From NCBI GenBank assembly GCA_027031765.1, contig JALVPN010000144.1, positions 43,724-75,723 of the forward strand: a stretch of DNA of 32,000 nt, written 5' to 3'. This document shows, piece by piece, positions 1-7,730 of this stretch. This DNA comes from Promethearchaeota archaeon (GTDB lineage Archaea > Asgardarchaeota > Thorarchaeia > Thorarchaeales > Thorarchaeaceae). Below the pieces are notes generated by a model that saw only the letters and a list, made by a program, of their open reading frames with translations, did no database searches and was not told where the DNA came from. Position 1 is the first letter of the stretch, and every line of letters starts with the position of its first letter. The translations under genes and the position numbers were made by a program.

Positions 1-648
1 TTTGGGGTGAGCCGGCTCCGACTGGTCGGCAATGACTGTCGAAACGAGGAGGAGGCGAGGAGGTTCGCTGTCCATGCCGTGAACGTACTAGAGTCAGCCA
101 CGGTACACGAAGACCTCAGGGGGGCACTACATGACACCGTAGCCGCGTGGGCTGCAACAGCACGGGTGGGTAGCAACCTCAGCGTAACCAGGGCAGTTGT
201 CCCACTCCAGAGGCTGCCAGACCCGACATCGCTCGTCGGAGATGTAGCGCTGGTCTTTGGTAGGGAGAGCTCTGGACTCACGAACAACGAGATCGACCTA
301 TGCGACCTTGCTTTTTCCATCCCGACCTCACCAGCATATGCGAGTATGAACCTGAGTCATGCGGTAGCAGTGGTGTTGTACCACATCTACTCAAAGTATG
401 CCCCACGACCACCGAGGAGGCCCACACAACAAAGGGCCGCCACAAGAGAAGAACGAGAGCAGGTCTGTAAGTTCTTCGACGAAGTTGTAGACATGTTGGG
501 CTTCAAGGAGTTCAAGGTCCCGATTGCAAAGCGGGTGTTCAGAAACCTGGTCGGACGTGCGTATATGACGGGTCGTGAGGTCACGACACTGACAGGAACG
601 GTGCGCAGGATTCGCGACACGGTGGCGGGGCGCAGGCCGCAGGACTAG
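1..648 (+). CDS. trmJ: TrmJ/TrmH-family SPOUT tRNA/rRNA 2'-O-methyltransferase, 5'-truncated by the window edge
   Basis: The frame is open from base 1 (FGVSRLRLV, matching the 'NFG..L.LV' TrmJ N-terminal motif). The SPOUT knot motif ALVFGRESSGLTNNEIDLCD...IPTSPAYASMNLSHAVAVVLY and a TrmJ-like helical C-terminal domain are present. Confidence 0.88.
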   Translation, partial: FGVSRLRLVGNDCRNEEEARRFAVHAVNVLESATVHEDLRGALHDTVAAWAATARVGSNLSVTRAVVPLQRLPDPTSLVGDVALVFGRESSGLTNNEIDLCDLAFSIPTSPAYASMNLSHAVAVVLYHIYSKYAPRPPRRPTQQRAATREEREQVCKFFDEVVDMLGFKEFKVPIAKRVFRNLVGRAYMTGREVTTLTGTVRRIRDTVAGRRPQD

Positions 649-1187
649 TCTATCCCGTAGCCCAACCTGCGTTTCAGTTCAGGGTCGATTTTCTCGAAAC
701 GCAGCAGACATGGGGTCGGCATCTTGGGGGCAGCCTTCTTCAGGGCCCTGCGTGCAATCTCAACGTGCTCCCTGTTGCAACGGATGGTGATAAGTGGCTG
801 ACCTGCACGCACACGTGCAGCAAGGCCGATGGTCTTACCGAACGCCTTCCGCATCCCGTCCTGGACACGGTCGCTGCCGGCCCCGGTCAGCATCTTGTTC
901 TCACGGAGATAGTGGAACGGCTTGACCCGGATCCGGAGGTGATACTTTGACCTCGGTACGCGCTTGCTCATATGTCGGTTCGATGCGATCCGTGCTGCCT
1001 CAAGCGCCTGATGTCGGATCTGACACTTCTCAAGTGCAACAAGTGAGATGGCAATCTCAAAGTCCCCTGCAGGGTTGCCCATGTCGAAGCTGACAATTCG
1101 GCTTGCTGGTTGACGGTGGATGTACTTCTTCCGAGTGTAGGGTGGACGGTCTTGCAGACGATAACAGTGACCCGGTCGCTTTCCCAT
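645..1187 (-). CDS. rpl10e: 50S ribosomal protein L10e (uL16)
   Basis: MGKRPGHCYR...PYTRKKYI, EAARIASNR, LRENKMLTGAGSDRVQDGMRKAFGK and A..KMP are typical L10e motifs. An SD-like GGTGGTGA precedes the ATG. Confidence 0.97.
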   Translation of the reverse strand: MGKRPGHCYRLQDRPPYTRKKYIHRQPASRIVSFDMGNPAGDFEIAISLVALEKCQIRHQALEAARIASNRHMSKRVPRSKYHLRIRVKPFHYLRENKMLTGAGSDRVQDGMRKAFGKTIGLAARVRAGQPLITIRCNREHVEIARRALKKAAPKMPTPCLLRFEKIDPELKRRLGYGID

Positions 1188-1242
1188 TGCTCACCACCAA
1201 ATCCGGCAGCTTGATGTGTTCTGTGGCAAGCCGGTCAGTGCG

Positions 1243-1250
1243 AATAAAAG
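1243..1250 (-). promoter_or_regulatory. Putative TATA box (CTTTTATT) of rpl10e with adjacent GTGGC-N4-GCCAC palindrome
   Basis: T-rich octamer about 55 nt upstream of the rpl10e ATG; a near-identical element occurs at 11181-11212. Confidence 0.55.
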
Positions 1251-1487
1251 GCTTGTGGCATGGGCCACAGGTTGGAGCAATGGAGTATCGCCACTCGGAC
1301 CGGGTAATCCCAGTGTATCGGTCACAGAGGCACTGAAAGCAGTCCATTCAACTCTTGTTAAGATAGTGTGTGGCACGGATTTGGGGCCACATCAAAGGCC
1401 CATGTCGCTGGCGGGTAGGAGTGGGGATCAGTCCTGAGGAAGACGCGGACTGACCAACACGACTACAACACCGGACTGAGACCGCGT

Positions 1488-2405
1488 TCAACGGGGCATG
1501 CTTGCAAGCACAATCAGTGGAAATAGGGCTGTCGCATCACCAATCACGGTCTCGAAGTCCGCCCCGCTCTGGACTTTCTGCCATGAAACACCTTCTTGGA
1601 GAGGGGCACCACTCAGACTGCCCGCCTCCGGCCTGTCAAGAGTCATCTGGACAGCCAGGTCCAGTCCACCCTTGAGGATGGTGCTGCCCATGGTGAAGTG
1701 CTTGGTAAGACCACCCCCGAGGATTATGGCCCCGGTCTTCTTGGCCTCGGCCACCAAAGTGCCCAAGAAACGCAGGTCCTTGACAAAGTCGAGAGCGAAA
1801 CGCTGCTGAGTGCTGAACGTGTAGAGGTGGAACCCGAGCATGGAGTCCATCAGGCCCGGGGAGAACACCGGGATGTCATTGAGAGAGGCCTGCCTGAGGA
1901 TAGAGGAGTCATCGGAGAGGCTGGTGCCAAGTGCATGTAGGAACTCGCTTGGCGACATGCTGGTGCGCTGTTCGGACGAGAGGCTGTCAAGAAACCTGTA
2001 GATGTTCTCCTCAAGCACCTCAAAGTCATGGTTGTTAACAACGATGTCGGCTATCCGGCCCAGTCCGGCCGTACGGAGGGCCCCGTCACCAGTCATTGGT
2101 GGCACATGATAGTGTGCCCCCCCATATGCTTCTATGAGGTCATGTACTATGTTTGCGCCACTTGTTACGACGACATCCACAAGGCGCTCCCGGACAAGGT
2201 GGCATATAATCCGACGCAGACCACCGGGCACCATGGGGCCAGATAGGGAGAGGAACGTCAGACAGTCCGGGTCGTCGAACATCCTCCGGACAATTGATGC
2301 TGCCCGGCCAATACGACCGCAACCAAGTACACCGACCTCAGACATCGCGGCAACCAAGTCGCCGATAGAGGTTATGGAGGGAGGGATGTGGGTCACGCGT
2401 TCCAT
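1488..2405 (-). CDS. dys: Deoxyhypusine synthase
   Basis: Motifs FLSLSGPMVPGGLR, VVTSGANIVHD, GGGLTKHF and RPEAGSLSGAPLQEGVSWQK (catalytic Lys retained). Start re-picked to ATG 2405 (MERVTHI, 305 aa), with a TTATGTA TATA-like box about 30 nt upstream; the 2657 extension is not DHS-like. Confidence 0.93.
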   Translation of the reverse strand: MERVTHIPPSITSIGDLVAAMSEVGVLGCGRIGRAASIVRRMFDDPDCLTFLSLSGPMVPGGLRRIICHLVRERLVDVVVTSGANIVHDLIEAYGGAHYHVPPMTGDGALRTAGLGRIADIVVNNHDFEVLEENIYRFLDSLSSEQRTSMSPSEFLHALGTSLSDDSSILRQASLNDIPVFSPGLMDSMLGFHLYTFSTQQRFALDFVKDLRFLGTLVAEAKKTGAIILGGGLTKHFTMGSTILKGGLDLAVQMTLDRPEAGSLSGAPLQEGVSWQKVQSGADFETVIGDATALFPLIVLASMPR

Positions 2406-2726
2406 GGGGCACCACGGCGCCCGCTGTGTGCCGGTACATAAGTCATTCGCAAGAAAGGAGGTGGGGAGGCTCAGGTCAGTTCCGGGAGGGCAAGACCCGA
2501 GCACCCAGGGCCGCAAACGACCCGAGAGTACACCGTAGTGTGTTGATTGATAGTTTTCTCTCGTTGACAGTCCGACCGGGAGTACGTCTGAGGCGTGGAG
2601 GGGGATGGCCGAAACTATTCGGCCGGTGATGTGGCCTCGCCAGCCCGTGATGACCACACCGGCTGGTGGGTGGCAGGAGCAAGTACCACCAGCATTAATA
2701 GAAAGGACACATAGAGTTGAAACGTT

Positions 2727-3308
2727 ATGGGGTCGCTGCTCGATGCTTTAGCATTTGAAGTGGTCATGATTGGGCTCCTGTTCCATTTCCTCTGGGTACT
2801 TGTGATGCGGTCAGCACGTGAGAAGTACCTACATGACCTGAAACTGCTCCGGCCCCCATCGTCTCGTCTTGCAAGGTACTACTCTTGGCGCATAGCTAGC
2901 AAGACAAACATTGTGATAGAGGCGGCTACATTTCTTGTGATGATGACGTCCTGCATCGTGGGAATAATGCAGCTGGTAGTCGGGTATGAGCGCATGGTGG
3001 AAGCATTCCATGTGGTGCTACTAGTGCTGGCGATATCGTGCCTTACAGTCATCCAGAACATCCGTCAGGTTGCAGATGTTGCCACTGGCGAGTCGGAACT
3101 GTTGGCGGAGATTGAGGGGGGCGACACACAGGACGGAGTTGTACGGGGGCTGTTGGAGAGCCTTGGGAACATGACCGCCAGCGACAAGAAACGGGTGCTG
3201 TTCATACTGTTCAGGCTTGCTATGACAGACAGCAGGGCTGGTCGCGTGATCAGGGACGCCCTACGTGAGGCCATGCACCAACCAATGATTGACTGGGACA
3301 ATCAGTAA
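2727..3308 (+). CDS. Hypothetical membrane protein (about 3 TM helices plus C-terminal helical soluble domain)
   Basis: Three hydrophobic segments; ATTAATA TATA-like box at about 2694-2700, about 26 nt before the ATG, consistent with a leaderless transcript. Confidence 0.75.
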   Translation: MGSLLDALAFEVVMIGLLFHFLWVLVMRSAREKYLHDLKLLRPPSSRLARYYSWRIASKTNIVIEAATFLVMMTSCIVGIMQLVVGYERMVEAFHVVLLVLAISCLTVIQNIRQVADVATGESELLAEIEGGDTQDGVVRGLLESLGNMTASDKKRVLFILFRLAMTDSRAGRVIRDALREAMHQPMIDWDNQ

Positions 3309-3310
3309 GT

Positions 3311-3318
3311 CTTATATG
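3311..3318 (+). promoter_or_regulatory. Putative TATA box of rpl35ae
   Basis: CTTATATG about 52 nt before the ATG; SD-like GGAGTGA just before the start. Confidence 0.5.
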
Positions 3319-3369
3319 ATGTCTGGGAGGCGTGAGTCCGAACCCAGTTACAAGTAGGAGTGACACTGC

Positions 3370-3654
3370 ATGTCGGAGAGCGAGGCCAAAAAGGGCCTAA
3401 AAGGCGTTGTGACCAGCTACCGTAGAGGAAAGCACAAACAGAACCCGAACCAAGTACTCCTTGTCTTCGATGGTGTCACGACTAGGGCACAGGCGGCAGC
3501 GCTCGCTGGACGGAGGGTGCGGTGGGTATCACCTGTAGGGCGTGAGGTGCTGGGAAAGATCTTGGGGCCACATGGCAACAGTGGGGCAGTACGTGCCAAG
3601 TTCAGGACAAACCTCCCAGGACAGGCACTGGGGACACCGGTGTACATAGTCTAG
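3370..3654 (+). CDS. rpl35ae: 50S ribosomal protein L35Ae (eL33)
   Basis: G.V.SYRRGKHKQNPNQVLL, GKILGPHGNSGAVRAKFRTNLPGQALG. Confidence 0.96.
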   Translation: MSESEAKKGLKGVVTSYRRGKHKQNPNQVLLVFDGVTTRAQAAALAGRRVRWVSPVGREVLGKILGPHGNSGAVRAKFRTNLPGQALGTPVYIV

Positions 3655-3680
3655 AGTAGAGGGGTCCGACGAGTAACAAC

Positions 3681-3687
3681 TTTTTAT
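3681..3687 (+). promoter_or_regulatory. TATA box (TTTTTAT) of the C/D sRNA
   Basis: Lies 22 nt upstream of the first base of the sRNA terminal stem; purine-rich BRE-like AACAAC upstream. Confidence 0.7.
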
Positions 3688-3708
3688 CCGGGTCTGCTGA
3701 GAGCTGAT

Positions 3709-3786
3709 GTGGCTCCAATGATGGAGAATGGCTATCGTTAGGGCGTCAGGCCCGATGACGAGTCATAGTTAGACTGAGGGGCCCAC
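3709..3786 (+). ncRNA. Box C/D methylation guide sRNA, predicted to target LSU rRNA helix 69 (A1913, E. coli numbering)
   Basis: Terminal stem GTGGCTCC/GGGG(C)CCAC; K-turn geometry with AAT bulge; box C ATGATGG (3718-3724); C'-like CGATGA (3753-3758); box D CTGA (3774-3777). The D guide GAGTCATAGTTA is the exact reverse complement of the conserved LSU sequence UAACUAUGACUC. Confidence 0.8.
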
Positions 3787-3810
3787 CAGTGGTGACACAT
3801 GTCCATGTCA

Positions 3811-3834
3811 AGCACACTCTGGGAGCACACTCTG
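3811..3834 (+). repeat. Direct repeat AGCACACTCTG x2 (2-nt spacer)
   Basis: Exact 11-nt copies at 3811-3821 and 3824-3834. Confidence 0.85.
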
Positions 3835-3854
3835 AGTCTTGGGGCCAGCAATAG

Positions 3855-4403
3855 TTGAACACAGTAGTCTACACGTTGACATATCTGGTGGCCGGTCTGA
3901 CGCTGAAGACCGGTGACGATGTACTCGACGAGCTCGACATGCCATGGCTAGCATGGACCCCGCTGGTCCTGTCAGGACTGATGTTCGGACTCATAATGAC
4001 CGTTTCACAGTGGGATTTTGCACTGATGACCGCAATAGTGATAGGGGTCACACTCGCGGGCAAGGTGAACAGGGTGGAGTTCGCTGGCGGGTTCATTGCA
4101 CTAGTGGCTGTGCTGGTCTTCGTCGGCCCGCCAACAGTCACCGACCTGGGGGGCTGGGTCACCTTGGTCATTGTGCTGCTCATTGCAGCAGCTGCAGACG
4201 AGGCCGCTGGTAACTGGACCGAGGGGCGGGGTACTTCACCCCTCACATGGCTCCTTGAACACCGTTTCGTACTGAAAGCATGCGCATTGTCGGTCATACC
4301 AATATGGCCACAGTTCCTCCCAGCCGGTCTTGGACTCTGGGTGTTCGATGCAGGGTATGAGATGGCCGGGACACTGGTGAAACGGGCTCAGTCAAGGAGC
4401 TGA
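3855..4403 (+). CDS. Hypothetical polytopic membrane protein
   Basis: TTG start; about 6 hydrophobic segments; acidic motifs KTGDDVLDE, AAADE and DAGYE. Confidence 0.75.
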   Translation: MNTVVYTLTYLVAGLTLKTGDDVLDELDMPWLAWTPLVLSGLMFGLIMTVSQWDFALMTAIVIGVTLAGKVNRVEFAGGFIALVAVLVFVGPPTVTDLGGWVTLVIVLLIAAAADEAAGNWTEGRGTSPLTWLLEHRFVLKACALSVIPIWPQFLPAGLGLWVFDAGYEMAGTLVKRAQSRS

Positions 4404-5398
4404 TATGCCAGGCTGCAGCACACATCAAAGAACTCCGGTACAAGGCCCATCGCCACTGCGGTATCGACCCCCTCCTGGCTCACGTAGGCAATCCCGTTGA
4501 CCCCGGCACGGACAGCAAACTTGTCGGTCTCGACCTTGTGTTGCCCGAGTGGCCGTGCACAGCCCAAGAGTAGCGGGACATCGGCAAGGCCGAGACGTGC
4601 TATGACCATGAGGCGTGCAATGTCCTCAGGCGAAGGGGGGTTGACGTGCGCCATTGGAGTGTGACGGAGAGGGCTCAGTACAATCAGGACTACAGCAGCA
4701 GGATGGGTCTCGGATATGATGTGGAGGGCTTGGAGCTCGCCGTTCAGGCGACCATAGTCCAGGCCGACCAAGACATGTGGGACAACAGGGACACCAGCAC
4801 GTTGCAGGTACAATAGTGACTCCCGCATCAGACGAGGGCCGTCATCCAAGTGGTACACAGAACGGGACACACTACTGCTGCCTATCACGTCGAGCATCGC
4901 TGCATCGACACCCGCCCTCGCAAGGCCCTCGGCAGTCTGGCGTGTGACCAGACCCGTATGTACGACTACCCTCAGGCCGAGTTCGTGTCTGGCCGCTGAT
5001 ATGGTATCGATGAAGCGTGCAAGCGGTACATGACCCGCAATGTCAGCCCCCCCACTGATTAGGACGCCCTCGCCGCCAGCCTCTGCGACCTGTCTGCAGG
5101 CCTCTAGGAGTTCCTTGGGAGTTGGCGCGGGTATCATGGCCCCTAGGAGGCGCCCTCTACAGTGGTCACACTGGAGGGCACACGATGTACCAGTGATGCT
5201 CAGGGACACAAAGTTGTGGCGGCTCTTCTGCTGGTGTGATAGGATCTGATACGGATAGCCCGTGGGGCTGAAACAGAGGAGCCTGTGCCCATGACGCGAA
5301 GTGCGGAGAGAGAATGCTCGTTCCATCCATCGTTGGAAGTCTGTTGGAGAGGCGCCAAGGACTAGGGGGCCCTGCTCAAGGATGTTGAAGCCGGTCAT
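4388..5398 (-). CDS. lipS1: Radical SAM protein, archaeal lipoyl synthase subunit LipS1 type (biotin-synthase-related)
   Basis: CxxxCxxC (CALQCDHC) plus C-terminal GCAR and CC motifs, the auxiliary-cluster motifs described for Thermococcus LipS1. Confidence 0.78.
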   Translation of the reverse strand: MTGFNILEQGPLVLGASPTDFQRWMERAFSLRTSRHGHRLLCFSPTGYPYQILSHQQKSRHNFVSLSITGTSCALQCDHCRGRLLGAMIPAPTPKELLEACRQVAEAGGEGVLISGGADIAGHVPLARFIDTISAARHELGLRVVVHTGLVTRQTAEGLARAGVDAAMLDVIGSSSVSRSVYHLDDGPRLMRESLLYLQRAGVPVVPHVLVGLDYGRLNGELQALHIISETHPAAVVLIVLSPLRHTPMAHVNPPSPEDIARLMVIARLGLADVPLLLGCARPLGQHKVETDKFAVRAGVNGIAYVSQEGVDTAVAMGLVPEFFDVCCSLAYQLLD

Positions 5399-5466
5399 GG
5401 TGCGTGGGCTGCTGGTCTAAGAAACGCTATTAGGGTTATGATGTCAGTGTACGACAACTACAAGTA

Positions 5467-6954
5467 GTGGTAGGAAAACGGGTCGGTGAACAACAACAGG
5501 AGGACGAACGCTTGTCTGGGTGTGACACTTCCGGCCTCGACGTGTTCTTCAATGCCAAGAGCGTAGCAGTCTACGGTGCATCAGCAACACCCAACAGTGT
5601 TGGTCAAGCAATCATCCAGAACTTCATCAAACCCCAGTATGAGGGCAAGGTCTTCGGTGTGAACCCGAAGTACAGGACAGTCCTGGGTGTGGACTGCTAC
5701 CCGACACTGCAGGACATCCCGGACGAGGTCGACCTAGTGATAGTTGCAGTGCCGGCCAGGATAACGCCACGGGTGTTCGAGGACATTGCAGCAAAGGGAG
5801 TGAGAGCGGCCATTGTAATATCAGGCGGGTTCTCGGAAACCGGCCCACGGGGTGCCATGCTTGAAGACGAGATTGTCAGGATTGGCAAAGAGCACGGGAT
5901 CAGGATAATCGGGCCCAACTGCATAGGTGTTGTTGACACGCACACACATATTGACACGTTCTTTCTGCCGGAGTACCGCTGTGGGCGGCCCAAGGCCAGC
6001 AGTACTGCGAACATATCGTTGGTGTCACAGTCAGGTGCCTTTGCAGCAGCAATATCAGACTGGACATCCGAACTCGGGATTGGTGTGAGCAAGATTATCA
6101 GTCTTGGCAACAAGTGCGATGTGGATGATGACGACCTCCTATGCTATCTGGGAAACGACCCGTCAACCCAGGTGATATGTTTCTATACGGAGGGCTATGA
6201 CCTTGGGAAGGGACGCACCTTCTTCGAGACCGCAAGAAGGGTCACACAACAGAAGCCGGTGATTGTTGTCAAGTCAGGACGCAGTGAAAGAGCAAAGGAG
6301 GCCGCAAGCTCGCACACCGGGTCACTTGCTGGGCTGGACAGCATTGCTGACGCAGCATATCGTCAGGCCGGGGTAATCCGGGCCACAGAGTTCGAGGAGA
6401 TGTTTGTGATGGCGAAGGCACTGGCGATGCAACCACCAGCAAAAGGGGACCGGGTGCTCATCGTCACAAACGGAGGGGGACTGGGAGTAATGACCACAGA
6501 TGCGCTCGAGTCGCTGGGCCTGGCGGTGCCACACCCCTCGGGCGAGCTCAGGGCGCGACTGGAAGAACGGCTCCCCTCGTACTGCGCACTGGGAAACCCG
6601 TGCGATGTTGTGGGTGACACTGATGCTGGACGGTATGACGTAGTCTTCGAGGAGGCAATCCGCAGTGGAGAGTACGACCTCTTTGTGGTGGGAATGCTGC
6701 TACAGACACCAAGCCTCGGAATGGAGATTACGAACCACATTGCTAACTATCAGAAACAGTCTGGGCTCCCGTTCGTGGTGGTATCAATGGGTGGTAGCTT
6801 CACGAGGAAGGCCGGTGAAATCCTTGAGCTCATGGGTGTCCCCACCTATTCCACAGGCGAGAAGGGCGCGCTTGCAGCAAAGGCGCTCGTCAGATACGGT
6901 GAGATAAGGTACGGCAACGAGTTCCACAGGACTGTTACAAGCGAGAAACCATAA
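5467..6954 (+). CDS. acdA: ADP-forming acetyl/acyl-CoA synthetase alpha subunit
   Basis: CoA-binding domain (SVAVYGASATPNSVG, RIIGPNCIG), SQSGA, phospho-His motif AASSHTGSLAG, TNGGGLGV, NPCDVVGD. The start codon is uncertain. Confidence 0.93.
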   Translation: MVGKRVGEQQQEDERLSGCDTSGLDVFFNAKSVAVYGASATPNSVGQAIIQNFIKPQYEGKVFGVNPKYRTVLGVDCYPTLQDIPDEVDLVIVAVPARITPRVFEDIAAKGVRAAIVISGGFSETGPRGAMLEDEIVRIGKEHGIRIIGPNCIGVVDTHTHIDTFFLPEYRCGRPKASSTANISLVSQSGAFAAAISDWTSELGIGVSKIISLGNKCDVDDDDLLCYLGNDPSTQVICFYTEGYDLGKGRTFFETARRVTQQKPVIVVKSGRSERAKEAASSHTGSLAGLDSIADAAYRQAGVIRATEFEEMFVMAKALAMQPPAKGDRVLIVTNGGGLGVMTTDALESLGLAVPHPSGELRARLEERLPSYCALGNPCDVVGDTDAGRYDVVFEEAIRSGEYDLFVVGMLLQTPSLGMEITNHIANYQKQSGLPFVVVSMGGSFTRKAGEILELMGVPTYSTGEKGALAAKALVRYGEIRYGNEFHRTVTSEKP

Positions 6955-6998
6955 ATACGAGCGTCAGACCGACTATGCGCACACGAGGCCTGATATTC

Positions 6999-7730
6999 AT
7001 GAAGACCGTCAAGAAGATCTTCAAGACAGCCCTTGATGAAGGGCGGACATTCGTCCTGGAGGACGAGGCAAAGAGAGTAATGAGGGAGTATGGGATTCCG
7101 GTCCCACCATTCGCCCCGGCGGCGACGGAAGACGAGGCCGTAGCGAGAGCAAATGAGATTGGATACCCCGTCGTGCTCAAGATACTCTCGAAAGACATCA
7201 TGCACAAGTCGGATGCCGGTGGTGTCAAAGTCAACCTGAACAGCGACGAGGAAGTGAGGAGGGCATTCCAGGAGATCATGGAAAATGCCACGCAGTATGG
7301 AAAGGAGAAAGGTATTGATGTCGACCTGAGCCGCGGGGTCATTGTCACACGTTTTGTTGAGATGGGGACAGAGACCATTGTTGGTGTGACGAAAGACCCT
7401 CAGTTTGGCCATGCGCTGATGTTTGGACTCGGCGGGATATTTGTCGAAGTGCTAAAAGATGTCACATTCCGACTGATACCACTTACAGAAATCGATGCCC
7501 GCGAGATGGTCTACGAGATAAAGGCCAAGAAGATACTGGAGGGGATACGTGGACAGCCACCACGCGACATTGACGCCCTCGTGGAGATAATGCTCACAGT
7601 ATCAAAGATGGTCGAGGAAAACCCTGAGATTGTAGAGATGGACTGCAATCCCACCATCGTATATGAACAGGGGAAGGGTGCGGTCGTTGTCGATGCACGC
7701 ATGGTAATTGAGAGTGCCTCTAGTGACTGA
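6999..7730 (+). CDS. acdB: ADP-forming acetyl/acyl-CoA synthetase beta subunit (ATP-grasp)
   Basis: E.EAK....EYGIPVP, GYPVVLKILSKDIMHKSDAGGV, DPQFGHALMFGLGGIFVEVLKDV, EMDCNP. ATG 6999 preferred; alternative ATG at 6975. Confidence 0.93.
   Translation: MKTVKKIFKTALDEGRTFVLEDEAKRVMREYGIPVPPFAPAATEDEAVARANEIGYPVVLKILSKDIMHKSDAGGVKVNLNSDEEVRRAFQEIMENATQYGKEKGIDVDLSRGVIVTRFVEMGTETIVGVTKDPQFGHALMFGLGGIFVEVLKDVTFRLIPLTEIDAREMVYEIKAKKILEGIRGQPPRDIDALVEIMLTVSKMVEENPEIVEMDCNPTIVYEQGKGAVVVDARMVIESASSD

Noticed and set aside
2451-2500. AAGGAGGTG and CAGG..CC-GGGA-GG-GCAAG resembling the 16S 3' end or SRP helix 8
   Set aside because: Neither the flanking 16S sequence nor the CAGG/AGCA symmetric loop and Alu domain of SRP RNA is present.
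2543-2591. Second box C/D candidate (TGATTGA ... TTGA ... CTGA)
   Set aside because: Poor box C, no terminal stem or K-turn geometry, and no recognisable rRNA complementarity.
2406-2657. 5' extension of the dys ORF (389 aa in the track)
   Set aside because: The extension is not DHS-like; a TATA-like box and ATG 2405 give a normal-length enzyme.
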